Assembly: GCA_047602425.1 (NCBI GenBank)
Contig: JASGHG010000001.1
Coordinates: forward strand, 3,200,001 to 3,264,000
Source of the DNA: Nibricoccus sp.
Lineage (GTDB): Bacteria; Verrucomicrobiota; Verrucomicrobiia; Opitutales; Opitutaceae
Length of the DNA: 64,000 bases
Direction of reading: 5' to 3'
Shown: positions 35,889 through 47,400 of the stretch, piece by piece
Layout of the letters: each line of letters opens with the position of its first letter
Numbering within the stretch: position 1 is the first letter of the stretch
The notes under the pieces: generated by a model
The model's input: only the letters and a program-made list of their open reading frames with translations
Databases searched by the model: none
What the model was told of the DNA's origin: nothing
Made by a program: the position numbers and the translations under genes

Positions 35889-38444
35889 ATGACCAAGATT
35901 CTTATTATTACTGAAAAACCCTCGGTACGCCGCGACGTGGCGCGAGTTCTTCTTGGACTGGAGCAGGCAAACGAAAATCCAACGCGTGGCCGTTTGAAAG
36001 ATGGCACTGAACTGACGATCACGAATGCGCGCGGCCACGTCTTTGCGCAGGCGAAACCGGAACACTACGATCCGAAATATGGCGCCTGGCTGGTCGCCGA
36101 TCTGCCGATTACACCTAAGGCAGATTGGACGTTTGAGCTGGTTGTTGCGAACGAACGCGTCACATCCGACGCCCGAATTTTGCGCGCGGAAATCGCAAAT
36201 CATTCCGGCCAAGAAATCGTCAACGCCTGCGATCCGGAACGGGAAGGGGAGTTGATTTTCCAGGAGATATTGAAAGTTTGTCCACATGCCCCCGAAACGA
36301 AGGTGACGCGGATGTGGTGGCGGTCATTCACCGACGATTCTTTGCGCGCGGCCTTTTCGAATCGCGAATCCGAGTCCTCGCCGAAGTACACGCAACTGGC
36401 CGAGGCGGCTTTCACGCGCTCCGATGCGGACTGGGTCTACGGCATGAACTACACCGTGCTGGCCTCCAAAACACTGCCGCGTGGTCAAGGCATTTGGAAG
36501 CTCTGGTCGATGGGACGGGTTCAGACGCCGACGCTCGCGCTGGTGGCGGATCGTTGCCAGAAAGTCGCCGATTTCAAACCGCAGCCCTTCTGGGAAGTTA
36601 GCGCGGTCTTCGACGGTATCGAAGCCAAGGCGGAGCTCGACGCTTACAGCAAGTCGGAGGATCGGGTTGCACTGCTTGGCGCCCCCGCGGAAGTGGAGGA
36701 GCGGCAGAAAAAAGTTTTTTGGAGCAAAGAGAAAGCAGGCGCCTTCATTACCGCAGCCAAAACACCGAATACCTACAAGGTCGGCGATAGTGTCGCGGTG
36801 AAGACGACGAAGCCGCCGCTGCCATACGATCTCCAGGAAATCCAAAAATTCTTCTCGAAGAAATACGGACTTACCGCGACTGACGCTTTGCAGGTGATGC
36901 AGGACCTCTACGAACGAAAGCTGCTCACGTATCCCCGAACCGATTGCCGTCATCTCTCCGAGGATTCGAAGGAGGAGGTTTATAACAACGTGAGCCGTGC
37001 GCTGGCGCACTTGAAGCAGCTGAGGCCAAACCTGCATCTATCGACCCAGGAAATGATGCCGCGCGAAATCGCCTACAAATCGCGTGCCTTCGACTCTTCG
37101 AAGATCAGCGATCACAGCGGCATCGTGCCGACGGAAACCACCGAAGGGCTCGATGCGCTCACGGGTAACCATCTCATCGGTTACCTTGCGGTGTTGCAAA
37201 TGACACTGATGGCTCTCGACGAGCCGGCGACGTTCAACGTGTTTACGAAGCGTTGGGAGCAGGTGGGTGGTTTGGGTGCCTATGCGCCGGCCATCTTCCG
37301 CGCGGGTTCTGAAGAAGCCCGGACTGCGGGCTTCACTCGCTGGCAGCGCAAGGCCGAGGAAGCTGAACGCAAAGCATTGCCCAAGGCGGGCGCCGCCAAT
37401 GTTTCGTTCGAAAAAATCGGCATGACCGAGGGTAAAACCAGCGCGCCAAAACTCTACACCGACGCCACGCTGCTCGACGCCATGAAGTATGCTGGCGAAT
37501 CCATCGACGAATCGGGCGATCCGGCGACGATCGAGAAAATGATCGAGCTCATGAAAGACAAGGGCCTCGGCACGCCGGCCACGCGGGCCAACATCATCGA
37601 TACGTTGGTAAAGCGAAACTATTTGGAAAGAGCCAAAGCAGGAATCGTGATCACGCCCAACGGCCGCCTGCTCGTGCAAGAGATCCGCAAGCGCGCTCCG
37701 GTGATGATTTCGGCCAAAACCACAGGCGAATGGGAGATGGTGCTCGATCAGATGCGCCGCGGCCAGTCGCCGGTGAATCGCTGTCAGTTTTTGGACAAGT
37801 TGCTTCAGGAGTTTCTGCTGGCGAAGGAGCTTTTTCTCAAAGGCTCCAACCGTTCCGCCGCAACCGGTCGCAAGGTGAACATCACCGAGGGCACCGCGAT
37901 GGAGGGCGTTCTTTGTCCAAAGTCGGAGAAGCCGATCCTCGATCGAGGCGATTGCTTTGAAGCACCGGGTTTCCCAGGTGTGTTGTTATGGAAAACAGCG
38001 TTTGGTCGGTTGTGGGAGGTTAGCGAATATGTGGAACTTCTAAAAGCCGTTGTCGCGAAGAAACCCTATCGCGCGGACAATCTGGTGCGTTTGGACAAAT
38101 CGACCTATTCGGCCGACCTCACGATCGATTTGGAATCGAAACGGATCGAGTTCCATAAACCTGAACCGGTAAAGGTGAAGGACTCCAAATGTCCGAAAAC
38201 AAAAAAGCCGCTGATGGACTGCGGTAATTTTTTTGAAGCACCGGGCTGGCCCGGGCTGAAGCTCTACAAGTCGGCTTTCGGAAAGACGTTTGCCGCTGTG
38301 GACTGGATAGCTGTTCTCGAAGGTTGGGCGGACGGCCAGGCGATTATTGTCAACGGGCTCGTTTCAAAAAAGACCGGCAACACCTACAGCGCGCGACTGG
38401 TCTTCGATGCCGCCAACAACAAGGTTGGCATCGAATTCAATTGA
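35889..38444 (+). CDS. topB: Type IA DNA topoisomerase (topoisomerase III-like)
   Basis: TEKPS, GH, NACDPEREGELIF, GRVQTPTL, catalytic TYPRTD, GLGTPATRA; two C-terminal repeats. Confidence 0.88.
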   Translation: MTKILIITEKPSVRRDVARVLLGLEQANENPTRGRLKDGTELTITNARGHVFAQAKPEHYDPKYGAWLVADLPITPKADWTFELVVANERVTSDARILRAEIANHSGQEIVNACDPEREGELIFQEILKVCPHAPETKVTRMWWRSFTDDSLRAAFSNRESESSPKYTQLAEAAFTRSDADWVYGMNYTVLASKTLPRGQGIWKLWSMGRVQTPTLALVADRCQKVADFKPQPFWEVSAVFDGIEAKAELDAYSKSEDRVALLGAPAEVEERQKKVFWSKEKAGAFITAAKTPNTYKVGDSVAVKTTKPPLPYDLQEIQKFFSKKYGLTATDALQVMQDLYERKLLTYPRTDCRHLSEDSKEEVYNNVSRALAHLKQLRPNLHLSTQEMMPREIAYKSRAFDSSKISDHSGIVPTETTEGLDALTGNHLIGYLAVLQMTLMALDEPATFNVFTKRWEQVGGLGAYAPAIFRAGSEEARTAGFTRWQRKAEEAERKALPKAGAANVSFEKIGMTEGKTSAPKLYTDATLLDAMKYAGESIDESGDPATIEKMIELMKDKGLGTPATRANIIDTLVKRNYLERAKAGIVITPNGRLLVQEIRKRAPVMISAKTTGEWEMVLDQMRRGQSPVNRCQFLDKLLQEFLLAKELFLKGSNRSAATGRKVNITEGTAMEGVLCPKSEKPILDRGDCFEAPGFPGVLLWKTAFGRLWEVSEYVELLKAVVAKKPYRADNLVRLDKSTYSADLTIDLESKRIEFHKPEPVKVKDSKCPKTKKPLMDCGNFFEAPGWPGLKLYKSAFGKTFAAVDWIAVLEGWADGQAIIVNGLVSKKTGNTYSARLVFDAANNKVGIEFN

Positions 38445-38563
38445 AGAGCGCAGGGGAATGTATCTGGCATTTTGATACAAGAGTGGCGTTCACGAGGGTT
38501 CGATGATCGCCAGCGGCCGTGTGAGGTCATGTACTGAGGCTTCCGCATTGTCAGCGGCCAAAT

Positions 38564-38899
38564 ATGCCTTACGAATCAGGTATGTCGCGGCTCGATACTT
38601 CAGGACGGTTCAAATTGGGTTCGGATCAGTTTACCTGGATGGTGAAACACTATGCGGGCGAATTTACCTCGCACACAAATTTTCGCGGAATTTCTGCCCG
38701 CGTATGTATGGTGGAGGGAAAATCGCGGGAATTGATCATCGATTTTGATCCTGCGGACTACCCGCTCAAGCGGCCTGCCTCCAGCGCGCAATTTGAAGAA
38801 CGGGTGATCGAATATACACAAAAAGCCATCGATCTGGGCTTCAAGCCCGATTCCCGCGGAAAACCATTCAGAATTGTCGCAGATAAACTGGTTCGCTGA
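38564..38899 (+). CDS. Hypothetical protein
   Basis: 111-aa ORF with globular composition, ending GFKPDSRGKPF; no family assigned. Confidence 0.6.
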   Translation: MPYESGMSRLDTSGRFKLGSDQFTWMVKHYAGEFTSHTNFRGISARVCMVEGKSRELIIDFDPADYPLKRPASSAQFEERVIEYTQKAIDLGFKPDSRGKPFRIVADKLVR

Positions 38900-38932
38900 T
38901 TTTGCGGGCTCGCCCGGAGACTTGGAAACGGA

Positions 38933-38985
38933 CCTGACCACAGCATGCATTTTTCTATGCGTACCCCATGCGATGCGTGGTCAGG
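38933..38985. terminator. Inverted repeat between convergent genes
   Basis: CCTGACCAC...GTGGTCAGG arms enclosing ATGC repeats. Confidence 0.45.
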
Positions 38986-39010
38986 CCGTGGCGCACAACC
39001 AAACTAAAAA

Positions 39011-40204
39011 CTAGTCGTCGTCGTGATCGCGATCGTGGCCATGACCGTGATCGTCGTCGTCGTCAGCGGGGTCGGCCACGGCGGTGAGGGAACCGAATAG
39101 GCCGTGAGCCTCGTCATCGATGCCGGCGGCGAAATAAAGCGTATTGGTCGGACCGGCATTGGCTCCATTGCCGAATGCGATGGCCCACAGCCCTTCGATT
39201 TTAACCGGACGATGGTTTTCCCCGCGCAGGAAACCCCGAAATTTGCCAGTCGCGGGATCGAAGGCGGCGATTTTTCCGCTGCCGAACTGGCCGACGAGAA
39301 TCATGTTGCTGAAAGGTCCGAAGTCGGCCGGTGCCATGGCGAGTCCCCAAGGCGCATTGAACCACGCGCCATGTTGCAGGCGTTTCTGCAGGACGCCCTC
39401 CGGGGAATAAATATTAACGAACCCTTTGCCTGGGCCAGGAACCTCCTCGATCGAGCCCGCTTCAGTTTTGGCATAAGCCACGTAGATCGATCCGCCGATG
39501 GCCTGAACATTGAAAGGCGCATAGCCGCGTGGCAAATGCGGGTCGCGGAACGCCCACGGCGACAAAGTCACCGGAGCGAACGTCCGGTCAAACACGTCCA
39601 CTTTGCCTGTTTGAAAATTTGCCGCATAGAGATGGTTCACGCCGCCAATTTGAGCCAGCGCCAGTCCTTTGTAGACTGCGGAGCCTGCGTTGTTGACCAT
39701 TTGAACTCCTGTCGTGCCGGAACTCCAGCCGACGATGGTTCCCGCCTCAGTGCTGAAGAGGAAACGCGACGGTCTGCCGGGTGCGACGAGGAAATCCGTC
39801 GCTGTGCCGTTGAATACCGTGCCGGTCGGGGCCGATGGATCGGCAACGCCGGCCAGGTTGGGTATGGTAACGACCAAGGCTTGGACCGCGCCAGCGCCAT
39901 TATAAAGGGTTGAGAGCCCAGTGCCATTGTCGGCTACCCACCAAGGACTCGTGGCGCTGGCAGACAATCCCCAGGGATTCACCAGATGTGGATCGGTCGC
40001 CGCCGCCAAACCGGCTACGTCCGATACAAGATTTGTCTGAACGTAGTGACCGGACGGATGATCGTGCGCGGAAGCCTGTGCGATGAACGCAGGGGAAACG
40101 AGCGCCAGAAGAGCGAAACCGATCTTCTTAAAACCGACAGGAACGCGAGTGCTGCGCCGCGATGAACGACTACTGAGGAGTCGGGGTGAACACGTGTTTT
40201 TCAT
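39011..40204 (-). CDS. TIGR03118-family secreted protein with Asp/His-rich tail
   Basis: QTNLVSD, LVNPWG, WVADNGTG, PTGTVFN, AVYKGLA, YAPFNVQ, NAPWG, GLWAIAFGNG, LYFAAG. Start uncertain. Confidence 0.85.
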   Translation of the reverse strand: MKNTCSPRLLSSRSSRRSTRVPVGFKKIGFALLALVSPAFIAQASAHDHPSGHYVQTNLVSDVAGLAAATDPHLVNPWGLSASATSPWWVADNGTGLSTLYNGAGAVQALVVTIPNLAGVADPSAPTGTVFNGTATDFLVAPGRPSRFLFSTEAGTIVGWSSGTTGVQMVNNAGSAVYKGLALAQIGGVNHLYAANFQTGKVDVFDRTFAPVTLSPWAFRDPHLPRGYAPFNVQAIGGSIYVAYAKTEAGSIEEVPGPGKGFVNIYSPEGVLQKRLQHGAWFNAPWGLAMAPADFGPFSNMILVGQFGSGKIAAFDPATGKFRGFLRGENHRPVKIEGLWAIAFGNGANAGPTNTLYFAAGIDDEAHGLFGSLTAVADPADDDDDHGHGHDRDHDDD

Positions 40205-40453
40205 GATGCTATTTATTTGGTCCGCCCGATGGGCGGAGTGGTTTTTTGTTGCATGGCGCCCGTGTGGAAGCGCCGTCACGAGCGGAAAGGCCCGCGGCTC
40301 ACAACTACCCACGAGTCTTGAATGCGCGCCAATGGATATTGGTAACGGTGCTGTTACCGCGCGGGAATTGGTGCCGACGTCACCGGGCCGAGCTTGCGTA
40401 GCTTACGAGTACAAATTCCAGGCTTTCACATACAGCACCCTGAGGCCCACTCG

Positions 40454-41083
40454 CTAGTCGCGTTTGAGAAATTTAGCGATGGCTTGCGAACGCGAGTTTA
40501 CATGCAACTTGTCATATATTCGTCTCACGTAAGTATCGATCGTGAGGACGCTGAGTCCGAGTTTTTCAGCGATCTCTTTATAAAGATAACCCTTGGCCAA
40601 AAGTTCGAGAACGGAGTTTTCTCGCGGCGACAGTACTTGCAGACCGGACTGTTTGCTTTCTTGTCGCGCGAAAGATTGCACAACTTTTCGAGCAATGGAA
40701 CAACTCATCGGAGAGCCTCCTTGGGAGATTTGTTTAATCGCCGCGAGCAATTCGGTGCGTCGTGTTCCTTTGAGGAGATATCCAGTGGCTCCGGCGGCGA
40801 GGGCGGAAAAAATGTGGTCGGCGTCGGCGTAAACGGTCAACATCAAGAACTGCGTTTCGGGCAGCAGCGGCTTGAGGGCGCGCACGCATTCGATGCCGTT
40901 AAGCAGTGGTACATTAATGTCCATCAATACAACATCAGGCCGGTCACTCGGCAGTTTTTCCATGGCCGATTCCGTGTCCGAATAATAACTGAAAAATTCC
41001 AGCTGGGAGGAATCCTTAATCAAATCGGCTAGTATAAGACTGGTAGGCTTGTCGTCATCGACGATCGAAACTCGTAGGTTCAT
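40454..41083 (-). CDS. NarL/LuxR-family response regulator
   Basis: IVDDD, DVVLMDI, MLT, GYLLK, LSPRE...KEIA...IYDKLHV. Confidence 0.93.
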   Translation of the reverse strand: MNLRVSIVDDDKPTSLILADLIKDSSQLEFFSYYSDTESAMEKLPSDRPDVVLMDINVPLLNGIECVRALKPLLPETQFLMLTVYADADHIFSALAAGATGYLLKGTRRTELLAAIKQISQGGSPMSCSIARKVVQSFARQESKQSGLQVLSPRENSVLELLAKGYLYKEIAEKLGLSVLTIDTYVRRIYDKLHVNSRSQAIAKFLKRD

Positions 41084-44000
41084 ATAAATGGGTGGCGAGG
41101 GAGAGGGATTTTAAAAGTAACGACGGTGCCTCCGGACGCAGGGGAAAAAATTAAGCAGGAGCCACCGACCGCGTCCATGCGAGACCGCATGTTCGCCAGG
41201 CCATTGCCGGAGCCCACGCGGGGCGGAGATTCTGGTTTTTCGTCCGAGTTGAGACCGCGGCCGTTGTCGACAATAGCGATTTCAAGTTGATCGGTTTCGG
41301 CAACCAATTTTAAAGTTACTTCCGAGGCACGTGCATGCTTGGCGATGTTGTTGAATGCCTCCTTGCAACTCATAAAGACGTGGTGCCGATGCTGTGCGGG
41401 GACCATCAGGTTGGGCAGGATATCCGGAAGGAAAACGCGGCATCTAATACCGGCATCGGCGAGGAAATTTTGTGCGAAGTCACTGAGATAATTGGCGAGA
41501 TTTTCAAGGTCGTCGTTCTTCGGATTCACCGCCCAGACTATTTCGTCCATGGACGCGGTGAGCTCGCTGACCGTGTCGTAAATTCTGTCCAGTTGAACCG
41601 AGTTATCCGCGGTGCGGCTTGATTGCGTCAAGAGGCTGATGCGTGTTAGGCCAGCCCCGAGATCGTCGTGAATGTTTTTGGCGATACGGGCACGTTCCTG
41701 CTCAAGTGCGGAATCATGCTCAAGCTTGGCCAGCCGTGCTCTGAGTCGTTTGTGAGACCATGTGCGAATCGCGAACGCGATTGCCGCGACGCACATGGAC
41801 ACGATGACCACTTTGAACCAAAGTGTCTGCCACCAACTTGCCTGGACCACTACGACGAGCGTGTCGCTTACTCGGCTATCCTTCGTGCCAGCCAAGAGTG
41901 CGGAAACTTCAAATCTATATTTCCCCGGGGGAAGGCGTGAATATTTAACTACGTTGTTGGCGCTCGATATAGTCCAATCTTCGTCGATCCCGTGTAGTTT
42001 GTAGCATGTCCGGACGCGCTCGGGTGTGGAAAGGCAAAGCACTGAATACCCCAATTCCAAACTGCGAGCACCTGGTTTTATTTGGACGATCGAGGAAGTT
42101 CCGCCGGATCGGTCATCCACCCGAACAGCATTGATTTTTACCGTAAGTCGAGTGCGGCTCGATTTTGCGCGGTGGGGATTGATAGCGAGCACGCCCTGCC
42201 GTGTCGCGAACCAGATAAGTCCATCTTTGCTTCGCCAGACCGAGGGTTGATACAAACCTATACAAGTTGTTTCGGATACCCCCTCGTCTGGACCAATGAT
42301 GATTGGATAGATTTGCTGGATCTCTTTTTTTATATAGTCATGCAGATCGGTTATTTGAACATTAAAAATACCGTCTGGCGAACCAAGCCACATGACATTT
42401 TCGCCATCGCTGATGATTTGGGTGATATTATTTGTCGGTATCCCGCTTTTTGTATCAATCGTCTTGAATCCATTTTCGTCGAGTCTCAAGAGGCCACTGC
42501 GCTCAGTGCCAATCCAGCAGGTCCCACTAGCGTCGAAATGAATCGCTTGGATTGCTCCAACAGGATTGGGAGTGGAAAACGGCACCAGCGTGAAATGCTC
42601 ATTTTCGAGTTTGAAGACATTTGCGTTACTGCACCCCAGCCAAAGACGACCCTGTGGATCTTCGGCAATGGCGCCAATTTGCGATGAACCGAGACCGTGT
42701 TTGGAATCGAACAGAGTTAATTCACCGTCTTTGAAGCGGCCCAGCCGGCCCTGGCTTAAAGCGAGCCACAGGCTGCCGTCACGTGAGGTGAAAGAAACTC
42801 GCACGATATTGCCCGGTTCAAGATCAAGTTTGTGCTGAAGTTGGGTTCGGCTGGCGGCGAGCAATCCATGGGAACTCGTGGCGAAAACATTTCCGGACGC
42901 ATTTGGTGATACGGAGAGGATGCTGAAATTTTCCCAATTTTTTGGGCTTTCAGGAAAGGCCACCCGACCCACTTCATCGAGGTAAACTACGCCTCCATCT
43001 CGATTCGCGAACCACATTGTGCCTTGATTATCCTGACAAATGGACGGACTGAAATTTTCGACCAGCGTCGCAGCTTTATTAAGCAGTCGCGAGACCCCGG
43101 GTTTTATTCTCAACAAGCCGCCCCCGGTTGTGCCCGCCCAGACATTACTGGAGGTATCTTCAATAACAGCGGAAATGTCCCCTGGATTTTCCACTATATG
43201 CATCGTTTCTCCTCCCGGTGTGACGCGACGGAGACCCCGGAACCGTGTACCGAGCCATAGTTCTCCCGCCGCATCTTCCCATATAGCCTGAATATAATGT
43301 GCGCTCGTGTACTTGTTGGTCTTGGCAATTTCCATCGGAATATTGCCGACCACCTTGAAAAGTCTTTCGTCTGAAAAAATCCAAGGCCCGTCCTGACGCG
43401 CTGACGCGATGGCGAGGTGCTCCTTCTCGTTGCGTACGGGTACTTTGACCAATGCGCCGTTTTCGTAACGGGCCAATTGATTGCCATTCGTCAGCCAAAC
43501 CCGTCCGGTGCCATCCTGGACGATCTGCGTTTTGTTAGTGGAATTGGCTGCGGGACCTAGTTCGAAAATTTGTTCGTGCGATGATTCCTGCCTGATGGCG
43601 GCACCGCCTAGGAAGCCGATCCAGAGTGCGCCGTCGTTCGCTCGTAATATACAAGTTACTGAACGTTGGCTATATCTAGACGGTAGTGGACAATTTATAA
43701 ATATTCCGTCCTTTAAGCGAAGTAGCCCCCCGGCATTTGGCGCGAGCAATAGGGAATTGTCGCTGTCCACGGCAATATATCCGTACCCAGGGGGAGACCT
43801 AAAATCATTGGGCTGAGGCTCGAATGAAATGAATTTTGAGCCATCGAAACGCGAGAGCGTGGCTGAAGTTGCGACCCACAGATAACCGGTCTTGTCCAAG
43901 CATAGTCCAGTGACGTCATTGCTCGGCAGTCCATCGCTTTGGCGCCAGGTTCGAATCGTATATTTGGGAATTGCCGGAATGGCCTGGGCGCAAAAAGACG

Positions 44001-44103
44001 ACGAAAAAACTAATATCAAGAGCCAACAGATCGCGCGGATATGAAAAAATCGTGGAATAGCTACCATCGTGCAAAATCTCTCACCGAATATTGGCATCCT
44101 CAA
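41080..44103 (-). CDS. Sensor histidine kinase (beta-propeller repeats, Y_Y_Y, TM, HisKA_3, HATPase)
   Basis: GLPSN/DxxGxLW repeats, YSRLPPGKYRFEV, WWQTLWF TM, ERARIAKNIHDDLG, EAFNNIAKHA, DNGRG, GNGL. Start uncertain. Confidence 0.92.
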   Translation of the reverse strand: MRMPIFGERFCTMVAIPRFFHIRAICWLLILVFSSSFCAQAIPAIPKYTIRTWRQSDGLPSNDVTGLCLDKTGYLWVATSATLSRFDGSKFISFEPQPNDFRSPPGYGYIAVDSDNSLLLAPNAGGLLRLKDGIFINCPLPSRYSQRSVTCILRANDGALWIGFLGGAAIRQESSHEQIFELGPAANSTNKTQIVQDGTGRVWLTNGNQLARYENGALVKVPVRNEKEHLAIASARQDGPWIFSDERLFKVVGNIPMEIAKTNKYTSAHYIQAIWEDAAGELWLGTRFRGLRRVTPGGETMHIVENPGDISAVIEDTSSNVWAGTTGGGLLRIKPGVSRLLNKAATLVENFSPSICQDNQGTMWFANRDGGVVYLDEVGRVAFPESPKNWENFSILSVSPNASGNVFATSSHGLLAASRTQLQHKLDLEPGNIVRVSFTSRDGSLWLALSQGRLGRFKDGELTLFDSKHGLGSSQIGAIAEDPQGRLWLGCSNANVFKLENEHFTLVPFSTPNPVGAIQAIHFDASGTCWIGTERSGLLRLDENGFKTIDTKSGIPTNNITQIISDGENVMWLGSPDGIFNVQITDLHDYIKKEIQQIYPIIIGPDEGVSETTCIGLYQPSVWRSKDGLIWFATRQGVLAINPHRAKSSRTRLTVKINAVRVDDRSGGTSSIVQIKPGARSLELGYSVLCLSTPERVRTCYKLHGIDEDWTISSANNVVKYSRLPPGKYRFEVSALLAGTKDSRVSDTLVVVVQASWWQTLWFKVVIVSMCVAAIAFAIRTWSHKRLRARLAKLEHDSALEQERARIAKNIHDDLGAGLTRISLLTQSSRTADNSVQLDRIYDTVSELTASMDEIVWAVNPKNDDLENLANYLSDFAQNFLADAGIRCRVFLPDILPNLMVPAQHRHHVFMSCKEAFNNIAKHARASEVTLKLVAETDQLEIAIVDNGRGLNSDEKPESPPRVGSGNGLANMRSRMDAVGGSCLIFSPASGGTVVTFKIPLPRHPFI

Positions 44104-44488
44104 GAAGCAACATCAGTACAGCTTAAACCGGACACGTGTAGTTTAAAAGCGTCAGGGTGTCCCGTGTTTCCGGTACAAGACATACCTAAGGGCTTTTGGT
44201 AGACTGCTAATACTTAGCCGGACCCACCCGGGTATAAGCCCCTATAGCATTAGCTCTCCTCTTCGTTCCCGCCCGCCAGATACCCTCCTTATTTATTGGT
44301 AGATCCACGAGTCAACGGCTCGTGTCCGGCTAAATAAGGGTCGCCGATTCAGTCTTCTTTCGAAGACGGTTCGGAATTAGTTGTTTATATTCATGGGTGC
44401 CCTTTGCGCACACTTTCTATAACTCGGGTTTATGGTGGCTGCGAGGCGATTTGTGGAGCGGATGCGTACCGACCTAAACGTTACCACC

Positions 44489-47400
44489 ATGCCAACACAA
44501 AACCGTAGACCACAAAATAATATAAGTAGTATCCAGTATGCACTCCTGCCGTTCCGAAAACTGAAGCGTGCGCTTCAGCCCGGTATTATTGCATTCTTAG
44601 TTTCAACGGCGCTCGCGCAGGAACCTGCGGGCGTTGGCACCATTGAGGGCCGCGTCCTCAATGGACTGAACGGCCAATACCTCAACAATGCTCGCGTTTA
44701 CGTGGATAAGACGTCATACGAAACTTATACCAACGATTCCGGCGAATATGTTTTAAAGGATATTCCCGCAGGCGAAATAATTCTGAATGTTAGCTACACC
44801 GGCCAGGCAGTGCTTAGCAAAACGATTACGTTGCTCCCGGGAGAAACGCTTACGAAGTATTTTACTTTCAATTCCCCAGTTAGTGAAAAAAATGAAGAAG
44901 CGGCGCTGGTTCTGGATCCTTATCTCGTAGAACAAAAGCGCATGAAGACAGCGCGAGAGCGGGCAATTCAAGACGAGCGAGCTTCGACCAATATAAAAAC
45001 CGTCGTGGCCACGGATGCGATGGGTTATAATCCCGATGGTAACGTCGGCGAATTTGTTCGGTATCTTGCGGGTGTCGACGTATCGGAAGGCGGAACCTAC
45101 AACAATCCTAACACGATTACCGGTGTCAGCGTGCGTGGGTTTGGCGCTGATTCGACGGCGATATTGGTCGATGGCATGCCGCTGGCCAGCGCCCCGGGTG
45201 CCGGACTAACACGCGCGACCCAGATTGACATGGTCTCGATCAACAATGCCGACCGCATTGAGGTGATCAAGGTTGCTACTCCCGACATGCGACAGGATTC
45301 TCCCGGCGGTGCGATCAACCTAATTCCTCGCGGTGCATTCGATTTGGCGAAAGCAACGTTTACGTTTTCCGCAGCATTGAACGGCCAGAGCAACACACTT
45401 GGATTTCAGAAACGAACCGGGCCTTTTAAGAACGAAGGATCATATTCGACTTTGCCGAGTCTCCGCGCGAGTGCGGCAGTGCCGGTGTCGAAGACGTTCG
45501 GTTTCACGATATCCGCTGCCTCGGATAATCGAACGACCGACACACAGATTTCGCGGCCGACTTGGATTTATCGGTCGATAGCGCCAGCAGTACGAAACGC
45601 CAACGGCATCGCCAGACTGGATAACCCAATCCCGTCGCGCTTCAGAATTGGCGCAAATAATTGGTTGGAATTCCGTCAATCGGGCAATCTGAGTATGGAT
45701 TGGAGACCGTTCAAAGGACTTACCCTCAAGGCCAATGGCCAATTTGGCCGGACCTCGACCTATTCGGCCGATCGCACGGCGGATTTTAGTTTTGCGAACA
45801 ATGCCACGATCGACGACTGGGGTATAGACGGTTCTTATACGATTGGCCGCGCTGGCCGCCTTCAGCAAAACATTGTTACCCGTGATAAAAGCGGTTTCAC
45901 GAATTCTGGTTACGTGAAAGCCGACTATAGTTTCGGTGGATGGGCTATCGGTGCCAGAGCCTCGGCCTCGGAATCGTACGGGGCATATGATGACGTTCAG
46001 AACGGGCACTTTTCGGGCATGGATTCCAATAACCTGAACGCTGCTTACCTCATCTTTGAAGGCATAAAAAATGGCCGGCCTGGAAAAATCAGCATGTGGG
46101 ATTCGGTGGGTCGTGAAATCAATTATTCCTCGTTCGAAGCCTGGGGTAACAATAATCGCAACCTGAAAGTGTTGTCTGGGGAAGGCTACAGTCGTGACCT
46201 TATGAAGCAATACAACCTCGATGTCACGCGGCAGCTGGATTTTCTACCGTTTAGATCGTCGATTAAAGTCGGTGTATACCGCGGAGAAAAGGGCACGCAT
46301 AAATGGGGGCGTGGTGTAAATTACTCATACCAGTATACTGGACCAGCACTCGCCGCCAGCCAGATATCCTCGGATTTCAGCACACCTGCGGTAAACGGTT
46401 TTAAGGATCGTCAGTATTGGGAGGATACTTACAAGATATACGATATTTATAAGGCTCATCCCGAATATTTTGACGAAAATTACGTTGATCCAGCATCCAC
46501 CACAAATTACCAGGCAAACAATTATAACAACAGGATTGGACAAACCAAAGGCGTCACCGAAATTTCGGACGAGTGGTATCTCCGCCTCGACGGCAAGTTT
46601 TTTAGCGGGCGCCTGGACGTAATCACCGGTTTTCGTGAATCCAGAAGAAGTATTTCGGGCTACAACATATTCCGAGATGCCAAATATGCCTACGTTAAGC
46701 TTCCCAATGGAGCCGTTTATCGCGATCCAGTGGGCGGAATTTACACAAACGGAGTAAAATTCGATGGCGGCTCCTATACAGGATCGACTGCAAATACAGA
46801 TCCAACGTCGCCATATTTCGGCCGTCACGACAATGTCCTGCGCGATACGGCATTGATCGCTCGCATGCGGGCCGCGGGGGTGGTTGATATTCCAGATCAC
46901 CTGGCACTCGCGCCCAATCGTACTGCTGGTAATCGGGATAACAATCTAGAGCTCGCGATGCTGAATAACACAACCCGCGCAGTGGACAAAAAATCAAAAA
47001 ATCCTGGCACACCGCAGCTGCAGCTGGCTTACAAGGTGACGGACGAACTCAAAGTTCAGGCTTCGTGGAGCCGCGAAACACGTTTGCCGGATCTTGAAGG
47101 TGGCACGGGCGCCATTCTCAATGATGGCGCAAATTTCACATTCGACGAACGGGATCCCTCTGACATTTTATATAATACTCTCGGCGGTCAGGGAACGGCA
47201 AAAATTTCCAACGTTAAAAATCAACCGGAAATCACGAACTCATATAATTTTAGGGCTTCATATTATGGTAAGTACACGACACTCGGTCTGACATATTATC
47301 TGAAAATGACCCCCAAGCAGTGGGTGGATGAAAATATTTTACCGGGAGACCCCGATTACGACGACCTCATGAATTCGATCGGGCTGGATCCCAGATATTA

